64,000 nt of DNA, taken from NCBI GenBank assembly GCA_024137785.1, contig JAHRHZ010000271.1:18983986-19047985 (forward strand), in the 5' to 3' direction. Below, one piece after another: positions 35,641 to 50,427 of this stretch. Under the pieces are notes generated by a model. The model was not told the origin of the DNA, did not search any database, and was given only the letters and a program-made list of their open reading frames with translations. How positions within the stretch are numbered: the first letter of the stretch is position 1; each line of letters starts with the position of its first letter. This stretch comes from Ginglymostoma cirratum (Eukaryota). The translations under genes were made by a program, and so were the position numbers.

Positions 35641-36128
35641 ATGAGCTTCAAGGGCATGTACATGTGTGTGTGGGAAGTCAAAGTATATTTTATTATTATT
35701 TCCCCAAGTCAGTTTTAGCAGAATAAAACTAACCTCTCAAGTGATTAATTCTTTTATGATTACATGTAAACAGTTAAGTACTCAGATTTGGCAACAATAA
35801 CCATTTTTAAACAAAAAAAAACCTGTCACGATTAAACAAGGAGAGAGAAAAGAGAGGAGCCATTTCATCACCTGGTCATAACACAAGTTTCCACCAATTC
35901 TGCTGATCTCGCCATCCATTATTCTTCAGGCCAGGAACACCAGAAGATAGAGCACATTTAGCTGGTGACACTTATTTACAAGTCCACCATTATCAGAACA
36001 ATATTGATAAAATGAGAGTCGTAACCCATTAAGAACCTGAGAAATCATACATTGGTCAGTTTGGCTGAAAGTTTCAGATACTTCGATCAATACAATGTGG
36101 TCATCCAAAATGAGCCATAATATTCTAG

Positions 36129-36900
36129 TTAACAAGGTGTGGGGCTGGGTGAACACAGCAGACCAAGCAGCATCATAGGAGCAGGAAAGCTTGACATATC
36201 GGGCCTAGACCCTTCATCAGAAATGGGGGAGGGGAAGAGGGTTCTGAAATAAATAGGGAGAGAGGGGGAGGCGGATAGAGGATGGATAGAGGAGAGGATA
36301 GGTGGAGAGGAGGCAGACAAGTCAAAGAGGCAGGGATGGAGCCAGTAAAGGTGAGTGTAGGTAGGGGGGTAGGGAGGAGATAGGTCAGTCCAGGGAGGAC
36401 GGACAGGTCAAGGGGGCGGGATGAGGTTAGTAGATAGGAGATGGGGGTGGGGCTTGAGGTGGGAGGAGGGGATAGGTGAGAGGAAGGACAGGTTAGGGAG
36501 GCGGAGATGAGCTGGGCTGGTTTTGGGATGCGGTAGGGGGAGGGGAGATTTTGAAGCTTGTGAAGTCCACATTGATACCATTGGGCTGCAGGGTTCCCAG
36601 GCTGAATATGATTTGCTGTACATGCAGCCTTCGGGTGGCATCACTGTGGCATTGCAGGAGGCCCAGGATGGACATGTCGTCTGAGGAATGGGAGGGGGAG
36701 TTGAAATGGTTCGCGACTGGGAGGTGCAGTTGTTTGTTGCGAACTGAGCGCCGGTGTTCTGCAAAGCAGTCCCCAAGCCTCCGCTTGGTTTCCCCGATGT
36801 AGAGGAAGCCACAACGGATACAGCGGATGCAGTATACCACATTGGCAGATGTACAGGTGAACATCTGCCTGATGTGGAAAGTCTTCTTGGGACCTGGGAC
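36129..36900 (-). mobile_element. PLE 3' fragment: GIY-YIG domain plus terminal repeat with hammerhead
   Basis: ORF 36493-36864 FTCTSANVVYCIRCIRCGFLYIGETKRRLGDCFAEH...LGTLQPNGINVDF; downstream CTGATGAAGGGTCTAGGCCCGATATGTC (36193-36220). Confidence 0.92.
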
Positions 36901-37379
36901 TTTTTATATCATTTTACTTTTAGAGCTCAAGAAAGAGAATTATAGTAAGAAAGAAGAACACTTTATCTGTGATTCCACCGATCACTCAAAACAATTGGTA
37001 AATGATCATTTCTCCATTCCATTCCATTCTGACCTTTGAACTAATTCTGAGCAATAATTTGCTATACTGACAGCTTACAAGCAACTTCTTTTCGAAAAAG
37101 TAGTAAATTATTATTGTCATAATTGTATGATGATTCAAAAACCTCCACAGTACACATAACATGTCTCCAAAATATAAAGTATTGCATATTGTATGGCTAT
37201 ATGCCACTGGTCCTGGCATAATGAAAGCTAAAGATGGACAAATGTTGAGGATCACACCTATTCCTGTCACTTCAGATGCATGGTCCATCATTTATACAAG
37301 CTTGAGTATGCTGTGCATACACTAGAAGCATCTGAAGAGGTCCTGTGAGAACGTTGTGCAGTAAATCACACGCATCTCA

Positions 37380-37890
37380 GAAAGCTAGTCCAGAGAAAGC
37401 TCATTAGGTTGATTCCAAGTATGGAGGGATTTTCTTATGAGAAGACGTTGAGTAATCTGAAACAGTACTCTTCCAAATTTAGAAGAATAAGAGGCAATCT
37501 TATTGAAACATACAACATCCTTAGGAGGTTTGACAGGGTAGATGCTGAGAGATTCTTTCCCGGAGAGATTTTTTCCCCTGCAGGAGGGCCTAGGAACAGA
37601 GGGCATAATCCCAGAGTAAGAGGTCAAGTTAAGAAAGAGATGAGGAGATTTTTTTTCTCTCTCAACTAATAGTAAATCTATAGAAATCTCTACCACAGAG
37701 GACTGAAGAGACTGGTTCATTGAGTATATCCAAGGCTGAGATGGATAGATTGTTAATTAGTAAGGCAATCAATGTAATGGGGAGAAAAGAGGAAAATAGA
37801 GTTGAAGATGATCAAATCAGCCATTGTCTCCTTGAATGGCAGAAAAGACTCAATGAGCTGAATAGCCTACTTCTGCACCAATGACTTACG
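37380..37890 (+). mobile_element. CR1 3' fragment
   Basis: MEGFSYEKTL...RRIRGNLIETYNIL...RGHN. Confidence 0.8.
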
Positions 37891-38964
37891 GAAACATGGA
37901 TCCCATTTCCTCCATATTAGCTTCCACTACAGCATTGAAATTTTGGGTGTCTTCTGCTTGTGGAAACTGAAACAATGGACACCAGATAGCCTTAATTGTT
38001 ACCATTGATTTTGCCACCACTTCCAAACTGGATAGCATGGGCTTCAGACATTGCCTTGAGCTTTGTTCCACAGTGAAGCAGGACTTTTCCTTGATATTGA
38101 TGGAAGGGTCTCTGACAGGTCTGCCAGTGCATTAGGCATCTTGGGGTATATGTTCATCAGTATGTTAACTCATCAAGCCCTCATCTAAGACCTCTGAACT
38201 TGCCTGTGACCACACCCTCCAGGTGGGCTGGTATCTTTTCCTTCTGCTCTAGTTGCAAACCACTCATGCCCTGTGACATACCAAGTGCAATCTCTGCTTC
38301 CATGCTAAGTTCTAAATTGAACGTGGTTCTAGTTTTGAGATAGTGGCTGCAAGTGTCAGATTAGGTGATGCTGGTTAATTGCTGATCTTGTACTGTGCTC
38401 GTTGCTCCTCCAGTAGCTGCTATGATCAGCCAGTGACAGTGTTCGGATATCTAAAAGTATCGTATCTTAAACTTAGTGTAAGCATGAGGGAGAGGTATGC
38501 AAGAGGTCAATGGTCACACCATCTGCTGTTTGCGCTTCATGTTAAATTGGAGGATGAGGATAAATTGGCACTTGGGGATGACAAAAATCATCCAAATGCT
38601 TTTGACAACATTGATGAAAATAGGCTTTGTTGCTGCAGAAAGTTTTCATAGTACTTATTTCCATAGATACAGGAGTGGGCAAGTCTTCAATGGCAAACAC
38701 TCACATCTGAAAATGTACCTTAAGGTAAACTTTTCCCTATATGAGTTACTCAGAATGTGCATGATCCAGGATTCTTTTGCATAACATTGTGAAAGAGCCA
38801 ACAGAGCTGAGATGATGTGATAACCCCTCCAAGCTCATGGGGAATCACTAATTAATCTGCCTTTGGAGCTTGTTGAGTATGGGTTCCCTTGGTCACAGAC
38901 AATTGTCTGTCCATCTAGCACTCACTGCCTAAGCCCTTTATTGCAGAACTGTAGGGTTCTCTTG

Positions 38965-39405
38965 TGGTGCTGGATAGGCTGGGACTTCTTTCACTGGAGC
39001 AAAGGAAGTTGACAGGTCACCTGATAGAAGATTATACAATAAGGAGAGGTATAGATAGAGTTATTGGTAGTTGTCTTTTCCTTAGGATGGGCGATTTCAA
39101 GACTAGGCGGCACATTTTTACGGTGAGAGGAGGAGATTTAAAAAAGACACGAGGGACAAATTTTTTTTACACAGCGGGTGGTTCACATGTGGAATGACCT
39201 TCCTGAGGAAGTAGTGGATGTGGGTATAATCACAATGTTTAAAAGACATTTGGATAGATACGTGAATAGAAAAGGATTGGAAGGACATGGGCCAGGAGTA
39301 GGTAGGTGGGACACATTTAGTTTGGGATTATGTTGGGCATGGACTGGTTGTACCGAAGCATCTGTTTCTATGCTGTATGACTCTATGACTCTATGATTAT
39401 GACTC
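38965..39405 (+). mobile_element. CR1 3' fragment
   Basis: LDRLGLLSLEQRKLTGHLIEDYTI...; (TATGACTC)n tail. Confidence 0.85.
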
Positions 39406-40229
39406 AATATAGGGCCCTTTTGTGGCATTGTGATAGTGTCCCTACTCATGGACAGAGAGGCCCACATTCAAATCCCACCTGCTGTAGAGGTGTGTAATAA
39501 CATCACTGAATAGGTTGATAAGAAAAATAGATTAAGAAAAAGAATTGCAGAACTGTCTTTTCTGGGCTAGTCTAGCCAATGTATCCCACAAGTCATGGCT
39601 CTATTTTGGTGCTTAACGATAAATGATGTTCCTTTGCATTTGGGCTTCTTGAGTTGTTACAGGTGAATAGCCACAATAAGAGTACCCCATAAGTTAGGTG
39701 ATATTTCTGAGTTAATGCAATGTGTACAATTATTCAATCTTTTCTACAAACCTGATCAAAGAACCAAGAAGGTACACAGATGGTTACATGTTGTTACAGT
39801 AATTCTAATAGGTATTATAAGCACAACACATCTTCTATAACAAGATTTAAAAGACAAGATATGGAGTTTTTGACTTTTCTAGTTTTTGACTTTTACTGAG
39901 ATTGGCAAAACCTGCTGAAATTTCTGTCACCTTTAGTCAGTGCCATCTTCTGAACTTGAAAAATACACAAGTGGGAAAACTTCATATTTCAAAAATCAGG
40001 ACTTTAGCCTCAAATGCAATGTAACCTGCTTCTAAGTCTTTTTGATCTGTACATCCTTTGCTTGCTGTGATCTGCCTGTACCACTCATAAACAAAGCTTT
40101 TCACTGTACTTCGGCACTTGTGACAATCGATCAATTGACAAACTGCTTACTTATATCTCACAAATGATAAACCTTCAGTGTACTCTATAAAGAGTAACAT
40201 TTTAATTATATTTAAGTTCAGCACCATTT

Positions 40230-41400
40230 GTGATGAGCTATCCACGTTCAAATGCAACATGATCTGGACAATATCTAAATTAGGCCTAATAATCAATATT
40301 CACACCATGAAAAGTGCCAGGCATCTAAAAATAAGAGAATCTAACCATCGGCCATTCACATTTCACTACCATCACTGAAGCTCCCGCTATCAACATCTTG
40401 GGGATTATCATTGACCAGACTCTGAATTGGACTAAACACTAGTATGACTATAAGAGCAGGCCAGAGACTAGTAATCCTGCTGCAGGTAATTTATTTCCTT
40501 ACTCATACCAACATGTGAACAAGGAACAAGGGTAAGTCACTTCAAGCCGGCTCCCCCATTCAATAAGATTATGGCTGATCTAAATTTAACCTCTGCTATA
40601 CATTACTGCATATCTCCAATAATATTTCATTCCTCTTGGTAACCAAGAGTCTATCTGCCACTGTTTAAAAAGTATTTGAAGATTCTGCATTCACTGCCTT
40701 TTGAGGAAGGGAATTCTAAAGACTCACATCACTAAGAGAAAAAATTCTCGCATTTCTGTTTTAAAAAGGTAATTCTGTATTTTTAAACTATAATCACTCA
40801 TTTTCGATTCTCCCACAAGAAGAAATGTTCTTTCCACGTCTACCTGGTTAAAATCTTATATGTTTTAATTAAGTCACTTCTGGCTCCTCCAAACTCTGGA
40901 GAATACAGGTCTTGCCTTTACTAGCTTTTATTCATAAATTAATCCACTCATTCCATGTATTGCACAAAGTTTGTCTACCTTCTACAAAGCACAAATCAGG
41001 AGTGTCTGGATGAGGGCAGCTTCAACAACGCTGAGGAAGCTTGACATCATCCAAGACAAAATAGCTCGCTTTGTTGACCCCACATCCACAAACTTTCAGT
41101 CCTCCACCACTGACGCACAGTAGCAGCGATAGATACCATTTATAAGATGCATGGCAGAAATTCATCAACGCTCCTTAGATATTACTTGCCAAACCCATGA
41201 CCATTACAGTCTAGAAGTACAGTGCAGTAGATACATGGGAACTCTCCTGTCTGCAAGTTTCCCTCAAGTCACTCATAGACTTGGTCTGGTCCTTCAATGT
41301 TGCTGGGTCAATATCCTGCAACACCCTCCCAAACAACACTAGGTTCCACCCTTACCAAATGAAGTGCAATGGTTCAAGAACACAGCTCACCACTATCCAA
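40230..41400 (+). mobile_element. Old CR1-clade LINE fragment with a nested reverse CR1 3' piece (~40510-40960)
   Basis: Similar to 26500-27300. Confidence 0.6.
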
Positions 41401-41899
41401 GTTGATTTGAGTAGATTGTTTGCAGGTAAAACAACATCTGACAAGTGGGAGGCTTTCAAAGTGTAATGATGAAAGTTCAGAGGCATTATGTTCTTGTTCG
41501 AGAAAAGGGTGAGGCTGGTAAGATTAAGGAACAATAAATGAATAAAGAGAAGTTTTAAATAAAGTCTATATGTGTTTTAGATGGTTTTTTCACATTGCAA
41601 AGGTTTTTATACATTTTTTAATATTGCAAAGGTTTTTTTTGAAAAATTGAACAGTTTTTTAAATAAGGTGTTGTGCTTTCATTTTGGGGAGTCCTATCTG
41701 TGATCAGCCCTGGAGAAGACTTTTTTTTTTCTTCAAGGAATTTATTGAAGAGGAGTCTTTTTTTATTGAGTTAATCAGCTAAGTGGTTGATTTTATTTAA
41801 GTTTTATATGTTTGATATACATATAATTCTATTTTTTTTCCATTTTAACATTATTTTTTGTAGGTAATGAAAAGTAGTTTATTTTATATATAAGGTGTT

Positions 41900-44800
41900 A
41901 TTGAAACTCTTTTTTGTTTAGGCTTAATGTCGTTAATAGCATGTATGAGGTACAGAGTGAGATGGCTGATAGAGTTAGAAAAGTTATTACCCAGCAGGAT
42001 CAGTCAGATAGATGGGTGACTGTTGGGAAAGGTAAGAAGGTAGTTCAAAAGTCTCTGGTGGCTATTCCTCTATCAAAAAGGTATTCAGTTTTTGGAGCTC
42101 TAGAAGGTGATAGACTGTCCGAGGAAAATTGAAGAACCAGTCAGTTATTGAACACTTAGAATAATTCTTATGTTAGGCAGCGTTTGACAAGATTTAATAG
42201 AATTATTGTTATGGGGAGTCTCCTGTCAGAGGCATAGGAGATTCTATGGCAGTGACCGTAAATTTAGGATGGCTTGTTGCTTTCCTGGTGCTAGGATTAA
42301 GGACGTCTCTAAACATTTCAAGTATATTGTGAAAGGTGAAATTGAGAAGCCAGAAATTATTGAACACATTGGTGGGAATGACATTTTTAGGGAAAAGATT
42401 AAGGCAGTACGCAGTGAATTTAAGATGTTAGTGAGAAGATTAAAAAGTAGTAATTCCTGGTTTACTCCCAATGCCAAACTCAAGCAAGGGAAGGAACAAA
42501 AGGATACAAGAGTTAAATCAATGGATGAAGATCTGGTATGTTGTTCAGGGATTCAGGTTTTTGGACAACTGGAATGTCTTTTGGGATAGAAAAAAACCTG
42601 ATCAAAAACATGGGCCTAACCTAAACTGGAAAGAGACCAACATCTTAGCTGGGTGATTTGCTCATTCCATGAAGGGAGACTTTATACAGATAGGGAGGGG
42701 GAGTGGAGGAATTCTCAGTCGCAGTGTAAGTAGAAAGATTGATGGGGAACGTTCTGAGTGTGAGGAGAGAACGTTGCATTTATTTCAATGCAAGGCGTCT
42801 TGCAGGTAAGGCTGATGAAGTCAGGGCATGTTCAAGAACATAGGATTGGCACGTCATGGCTATTACGGAAACTTGACTGAGAGATGGACAAGACTGGCAG
42901 CTCAATGTTCCAGGTTTTAGATGCTATCAGAAGGATAGAAAAGGGAGCAAGAAAGGAGGGGCAGATGAGTTTGATTATGGAATATATTACTGCTGTAACT
43001 AGGGAAGATATTTCTGAAAGATCATCCAGTGAAAATATGAGTAGAAATAACAAATAAACAAAGAAAAATCACTTTGTTGGGATTGTACTATATCTCCCCA
43101 CCCCCCCAATAGTAAGAGGGAAATTGATAAACAAATGTATAGTGAGATATCAGATATATGTAAGCATAATAAGATTGTAATAATGGGGGATTTTAATTGT
43201 CCAAACATTGATTGGGGCTATCAAAGTTTTTAAGGCTTGAATGGTGAAGAATTTTTCAAATGTGTTCAAGAAAATTTACTTTATCAATATGTGGATGGTC
43301 CTACTAGCGAAGGAGGAAAACTAGACCTTCTTTTGGGCGAGGGGCAGGGTGGGGGTGACTGGTGTAAAAGTAGGAGAACACTTGGGTTCTAGCGATCATA
43401 ATTCTATTCGTTTCAAAATGGTTATAGAAGAGGACAAGCCTTCCATAAAAGTCAAAGATTTTAACTGGAGTAAGGCAAATTTTAATGTTATGAGACAAGA
43501 ACTTTCAAAAGTTTATTGCAGTAGACTGTTCACAGGTAATAGAACAACTGAGAAGTGGGAGGCATTCAAGAGCGTGATGACAAGAGTTCAGAGGCATTAT
43601 GTTCCTGTTAGAGTGAAGGGTAAGGCTGGTAAGATTAAGGAACAATGGATAAATAAAGATATTGAGGTTCTAGTCAAGAATGAGAGAATCTTATTTTTGA
43701 TATAGACAACTTGGTTCAATTGAACCTCTTAAACAATATAAAAGAGTGCAGGGGCATTCTTAAGAGAGAAATCAGGAAGGCAAAGAAAGGATATGAGATA
43801 ACATTGGCAGATAAGGCTAAGGATAATCCAAAAAGTTTCTACAAATACATTAAGAGCAACAGGGTAACTAGAGAGAAGGTAGGACCTCTTAAAGATCAAA
43901 GAGGTCATTATGTTGAACCCCAGGAGATGGGAGCGATACTAAATGAACATTTCTCGTCAGTTTCTACTGTGGAGAAAGAAATGGAGCCCAGAGAAGGAAG
44001 AGAAATACATTTTGATGTTTTAAAAACAGTTAATATTACAGAAGAGGAAGTTTGGGAGGTCTTAGAGAATACAAAGGTGGCTAAATCTCCAAGACCTAAT
44101 CTAATGTATTCTAGAACATTGTGCAAAGTAAGGAATAAAATTACGTGATCCCTTGCAGAAATATTTGCATCATCTATAACTATGGGTGAGGTGCCTGATG
44201 ACAGGAGGGTGGCTAATGTTGTATCTTTGTTTAAGAAAGGGTGTGAGGAGAAAATGGGGATCTATAGACCTGCCAGTCTGACTTCGGCTGTGGGTAAATT
44301 GTTGGACATGATTATAAAAGGTAGGATTTATAGACCTTTAGAGAGGCAAGCATTGATTAGGAATAGTCAGCAATGGCTTTGTGTAAGGAAAATCATTTCT
44401 CACAAACTTGACTGAGTTTTTTGAGGAAGTTACTAAAAAGAAGGATCGATGATTGCAGAGCAGTAGACGTTGATTATTTGGATTTTAGTAAAGCCTTTGA
44501 CAAGGTTCTGTGTGGTAGGCTAATTAGTAAAGTTGGGTCACATGGGATTCAGTGTAAGTTTGCCAATTGGATACATAATTGGCTTAACGGCAGGAAACAG
44601 AAAGTAATGGTGGAGGGTTGCTATTCAGACTAGGGGCCTGTGACCAGTGGTGTTCCACAGGGATCAGTTCTGGGACCTCTTTTGTTGTCATTTGTATAAA
44701 TGATTTGGATGACAATATAGAAGGCATGGTTAGTAAATTTGCAGACAACACCAAATTGATGGCATAGTAGACAGTGAAGAAGGTTTTCTAAGATTACAAA

Positions 44801-46010
44801 GGAATCTTGATCAAATGGGTGCATTGGCTGAAAAATGGCCGATGGAGTTCAATTTAGATAAATGCAAGGTATTGCATTTTGGTACAACAAACAAGGGTAG
44901 GGCTTATTTCTTTTTTATTCATTCATGGGATGAGGGCATCACTGGCTAGGCAGCATTTATTGCCCAGAGGGCAGTTCAGAGTCAACCACATTGCTGTGGG
45001 TCTGGAGTCACATGTCGGCCAAACCAGTTAAGGATGGCAGTTTTCTTCCCTAAAGGACATTAGTGAAGGACGTTAGATGGGTTCTTCTGACAATCGACAA
45101 TGGATTCGTGGTCATCATTAGATTCTTAATTCCAGGTATTTTGTTGAATTCAAATTCCACTATCTGTCATGGCAGGATTCAAACCTGGGCCACCAGAACA
45201 TTATCTGGGTCTCTGAATTAACAGTCCAGCGATAATATGACTAGGCCATCACCTCCCCTATACAATTAATGGTAGGACCTTGTGAAATGTTGTAGAACAG
45301 AGGGACCTAAGGATGCAGGTGCATAATTCTTTTAAGTTTGCATCACACATAGACATGTTGATTAAAAAGCATTTGGCACGCTTGCTTTCATTGCTCAGTC
45401 CTTTGAGTGTAGGACTTGAGAAATCATGGTGAGGTTGTACAGAACATTGGTGAGGGCTCTTCTGGAATACTGTGTCCATTTCTGGCCTCCCATTTATCGG
45501 AAGGGTATTATTAAGCTGGAGATGGTTCAGAAGAGATTTACCAGGATGTTGGCAGATATGGAAGGTTTGAGTTATTCAGAAAGGCTGGATAGACTGGGAC
45601 ATCTTTCCACTGGAGCAAAGGAGGTTGCGAGGCGACCTGGTAGAAGTTTATAAAATCATGAGGGGTATAGATTGAATTAATGGTAGTTGTCTTTTCCCTA
45701 GGATGGGAGATTTCAAGACTAGGGGCACAGTTTTAAGGTGAGAGGAGAGAGATTTAAAAAAGACATGAAAGGCAAATGTTTTACACAGAAGGTGGTTCGC
45801 ATGTGGAATGACCTTTCTGAGTAAGTGGTGGATGTGGGTATAATTAAAATGTTTTAAAGACATCTGGATAATTACATGAATAGGAAAGGTTTCTAGAGAT
45901 ATAGGTCAGGAGCAGGCAGGTGGGACTAGTTTAGTTTGGGATTATTTTGGGCATAGATTGATTGGACCGAAGTGTCTGTTTCTGTACTGTAAGACTCTAT
46001 GACTCTCAAA
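41900..46010 (+). mobile_element. Near full-length decayed CR1 LINE (ORF1 esterase, APE endonuclease, RT, 3' tail)
   Basis: CCFPGARIKDV...HIGGND, GFRFLDNW, HLGSSDHNSIRF, NPKSFYKYI, YLDFSKAFDKV, GVPQGSVLGP, KFADNTK, YRTLVRALLEYC; GACTCTAT tail. Confidence 0.93.
44908..45258 (-). mobile_element. tRNA-derived SINE inserted in the CR1
   Basis: Minus strand begins GGGGAGGTGATGGCCTAGT (A box) with GGTTTGAATCC (B box) and ends GGGCAATAAATGCTG...CATGAATGAATAAAAAA, a tail shared with the old LINE family in this window; the CR1 sequence resumes after it. Confidence 0.8.
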
Positions 46011-49000
46011 GGCACCTAGGATTGGGCAAAAAAAGCTGATGTAGCCATTAACATGTCTCAAAAACGAGGAAAAAAAATTGCATGGTATTATTGATAACAT
46101 GCAAAAATATTGTCCTAATATGCTTTGAATTTGAATATAAAGGTTCTCTTAGCTTTACTTGATTTGACCTTGGAGATTTCAAAGTTAAGACATATATAAA
46201 TGAAGTCAATGAACCTGCAACTATACCAATACAATACTTTGTTCAAAAACTGAAGGTCAATGGCAAAAAAGGTGCAAATTCTGAAATAGGTGCGTATGAA
46301 ATCAACGTGAAAATAAGTGGGAAGATAGCTTTTTTTAAAAATTTAACCTATTTTTCTAATCACCCTGTTCAGAGATGTTAAAGACTGCCATTTTTTTAGA
46401 AACTCTATAACATGTCTTTACCTTCAGATTTCAGGGATCCCAGAAATGTTCCTTTAATTCCCCCTATAGGCATCCAAAACATTGTGTACTCAATGAATAT
46501 TCAAATAAGCTAAGGTTCTGGCATAGCCATTGGTAAAATTGGATATATCAATCTAGAGAGAATCATTTTATTGATACTGTAACTGGCAAATTCAAAGTCA
46601 TAAATAATATTTGGAAGTCCATGCAAATTTATAAGAATCCTTGGCTCTTACCAATTAACATCTGTCAAGGTCCAGCCAGTAGAATATGCAAATTTACCAA
46701 CTGTTCAGTCATAAACGTCTGTGAGCAATACTAAATAAACACATTAATACCCTCTCATGAATATTAATTTCAAGTGTTCAGTTGGTCACCATTCTTCAAT
46801 GTCAACGTATTATGCTAGACAACAAATTTTCAAAGACTGAAACGAGCAAATCCACAGGGTATCATAAATTGGATAATTCAAATTTCAAAAGGCATGCTGC
46901 AGCCTGGAAACTACGTTTATTTAATTGAAATAAATGACAAAAATTTCTTGTAGAAGCAATTAATGTACATCTTGCAGTGCAATTGTGTTGTGTTTGAGCA
47001 TATGATTTGACGAAATAAAACAACAGATTTCATCATACTAGGCTGCAATCCACAAAGATGCCATGAAAGTAACAGAATTGCTGACAGGGAATATTTTCCG
47101 ACACAGCTTATACAAAAGCTATTGTGTTCATTTGATACACATGATACAGATTTGAACAAGCTGGACTCTTCCAATCATATTTTCCTTCTGTCTGCTTTCC
47201 TACTAAATTAACTAGCATAAACGTTGCATCAATATAGGCTTGAAATCATGATGGATGTTTTGTCTATTTGTACTACAACAAGGAGACTTGTTTCCATTTT
47301 ACAATTTCAAATATAAATTTGTCATGTGTTAAAAAAAATCATAATTAGAGCGTTTTCATTTTCTTTTGATATTTAATTGTTTATCAAATGCAGGGTTTTT
47401 TATGTTCAGTTGTCAGTGTTCAATGTGTACACTGAATTTGGGATTATCCAAATGAGGGTTGAAATCATTGATATCATCTTTTAGCTTATCTCATGATTTG
47501 TGCCTTATGTTAAATATGGACAGATATTTGTATATATAAAATAAGGTACAACTTGTGCCACAAGACTATCTGAAAGCACCATTCTCCTTGGAGACAATTT
47601 TTGTTTTATCTCTATCCCTGGCTGGTAGTCACTTTTATGGACTTTTCCAGACAGAAATGAGAAATAGTCTTCTGTCAGATGGCCATATACTGTGCCTTCT
47701 AATCCTGAAATAATTCCATAATATTCTGAAAAGTACCACTTCTTAAATCTCTACCTCAACTGCATTAAAATGATTCATGTCTGATTTTCTGAGCAATCTC
47801 TGTTCACATGAATTTGAAGGAAGTGATGTGTTCTTTCACACTGGAGTCTGTTTTGATGGTAATTTTTGACCAGTAAACATTTGCATTATCTTTAACAAAT
47901 AAGTCAGAAGATGTAGACAATTGTAATAGCCATTTCAATCAGAACAGCTCAAAAGGTAGATGTGAAAATATGCAAAGCTTGACAATTTCCAAATGCTGTT
48001 TTAAGTTCATATGAGATTTCGGTTTACATTTGATCTGTTGTACATCGATCTGTGGGTTGGTGAAGCTGAAATTACTATTGAGGAAAGGAAAATAGATTTA
48101 AGCCTCTGACACACAAAGGATAACCTGTGTAAAAAGTTTTGAAAGGTAATTTGTGTTTCCTTGTGTTGAAAAGTTGGTAAACTTAAAACTTGAAGCTGGC
48201 ATATAGATGAAAAATTCCATTCTGATTTATTATTGCAAGTAAGTATAATATTCAGCTCTCAGTGCTGGCATCTGAACATTTTAACATTCATTAGAAAAGC
48301 TTGATTCTAATTATCCTGATCCTGATGAGATGGGGCATTAAAAAAAAAGCCACTGGAAGAATTTCTCCCGCCTCTGTATCTGTCCTTCACATTTTCCTGA
48401 GATGAGGAAGAGAATGGGCTTTGGAATGTGCCCACTTCTATTCATGAGATTCTGAGCATTGTTGTGAACTCAGCAGGAACCAGTCTCTAGTAAGTTTTCA
48501 AATTTTTGGCAAAGCAACTGGACCTTTGCAGCTGTTGGGAATTAGACCAACTCAATAGATGTTATTAAAGTGTTGGCTGTATGCTTATGTGAGAAAATAC
48601 AGCTTGATGTGGCACTGAAGAGACTGAGCATGGCCGAAGAATCCTGCTTTGTAAAAAAGTTCATTGATTTCAAAGAGTAGTTCACTGGCTCAGGGACAGA
48701 GAGAAATAATAAGGTCTGATGCTCCTCCTGTTCTAGGTTCTCAATTGCTCCTGCACACTCACACTTCTCTAATTAAGTGGAGCCAATTTAACTCCTTCAA
48801 GGATTCTTTGCATTGGATATTGTACCAGTTGAAGCCAACTGGATTATTTTAAATCAGAAAGAATACCTGACGTGAACAATTCAATAATAACTGCCTCTGG
48901 ATGAAGGAGAACCATATCATGATTTTGTTGCTACAAGGCACTGTCAGTAAAATGATAGAAGGGTGAAGATTACTGCATCACAGATCGTTGACTCTAATAA

Positions 49001-50427
49001 AAATTTTCTGAGATAACTGGAAATATTTTTTCAGCATTGTTTATCCCTCAAAGATCTAAGACAACTTTGTGTGTCGCCCTGTGGACTCATGCATAAAACA
49101 CATAAATATTGATAACCCAAAAGGATACCAGTATCAAAGCCTTCCCACACTCAGCAGCCAAACTTTCAGATCTCCTCCTGCTCTTTAACTGAGTTTCTTG
49201 ACCTCCTCCAATTCCTCAACCATGTATGCTCACAACTTGAAATCAAACTTGCTTCCTAATGCACACTTTCAATCGTGAATTTCACCTGTGTATGTCTGCC
49301 AATGTCCCCATTAAGTTAGAGGATTGAGAACTTTATACACCATCCTCAATTCTTTATATGCCAGCATATTTTCAAGATCTTAATTTTAGGTGTAAGCATT
49401 CAACTTATACTGAAGTAATCTGTCCTTGTGTTTATTCATAGATGAAACAAGATAACCAGGCAAGTTAGAAGTTACCATTTTTAAGCATTAATCCGGTGTG
49501 TTATGATTTACCTGCATATGTTTCAAATTGAATTCATAGTTCTTTAATCATTTTTATACAAAACTTTGTACTCTTCATTGAAAAGAAAGCTCATTTATAA
49601 CTAGAGAGTTTGCCTGTCCAAACTATTACATAACAAACTGCATGTCTTCATTTGTCATTCCAAAAAGGTTTCATGAAAAATGGTCTGAATGCAATGCTTC
49701 AACTTTTTCTGACAAAATATACATTACAGCAGTTTTAACTGTTACAACACCATTTCCACAGAGATTTCCAGGAGGTATATCAGCCCTAAAAGGTCTAGGC
49801 TTTCTCATTTGCAATTGCAAAACTGTCAGATTTTTCAATTCTCTCTGTTATTCATTGAGGATATAGAAATGTTAAAAGCATGGGAATTTTACTGGTGAGA
49901 TTATTCCCATAAAACATATTGTACTACAATATTTATGTACCTCTATGACATGACAGGAGAACTTAAAGTGGCAATGAATGGAGAATTTTGGAAATTTTCT
50001 GCACAGCTAAGGTGGATGGGGTGTGGGCACAGAGATGGGTGGCAGGGGAAACAGATTGGGACATAAAATAATATTTCCCCTCATGTTTGCCAGTAGGGAA
50101 TATCGTCAAATGCTTCAGATAATATTATGTGGGTCAAATTAAGTTTAAAATGTATGATAACGACTAAGTTATAATCTTGAATCCTAACTTGGGAAAGGTA
50201 CCTCCAGTTTACAATATTTTCTGCATGAAGCTCATCTGTAGGCTTGTGTTTGAGATGGACAATTTATATGGAAGTGTGAGAAGGTTTGTGATGTGGATTT
50301 ATATATATCCCGATCAGGAGCATTTCAAATTGCCTGAATTTATCAATAACAATTAACGTTTATAAAACAGGCTGAACATTATCAGAACAACATTTGACAA
50401 CACATAACATTCAGAAAGCATATGCTT

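Noticed and set aside
37890-38960. Possible second Harbinger-like relic
   Set aside because: Only a vague motif resemblance; too decayed to support a call.
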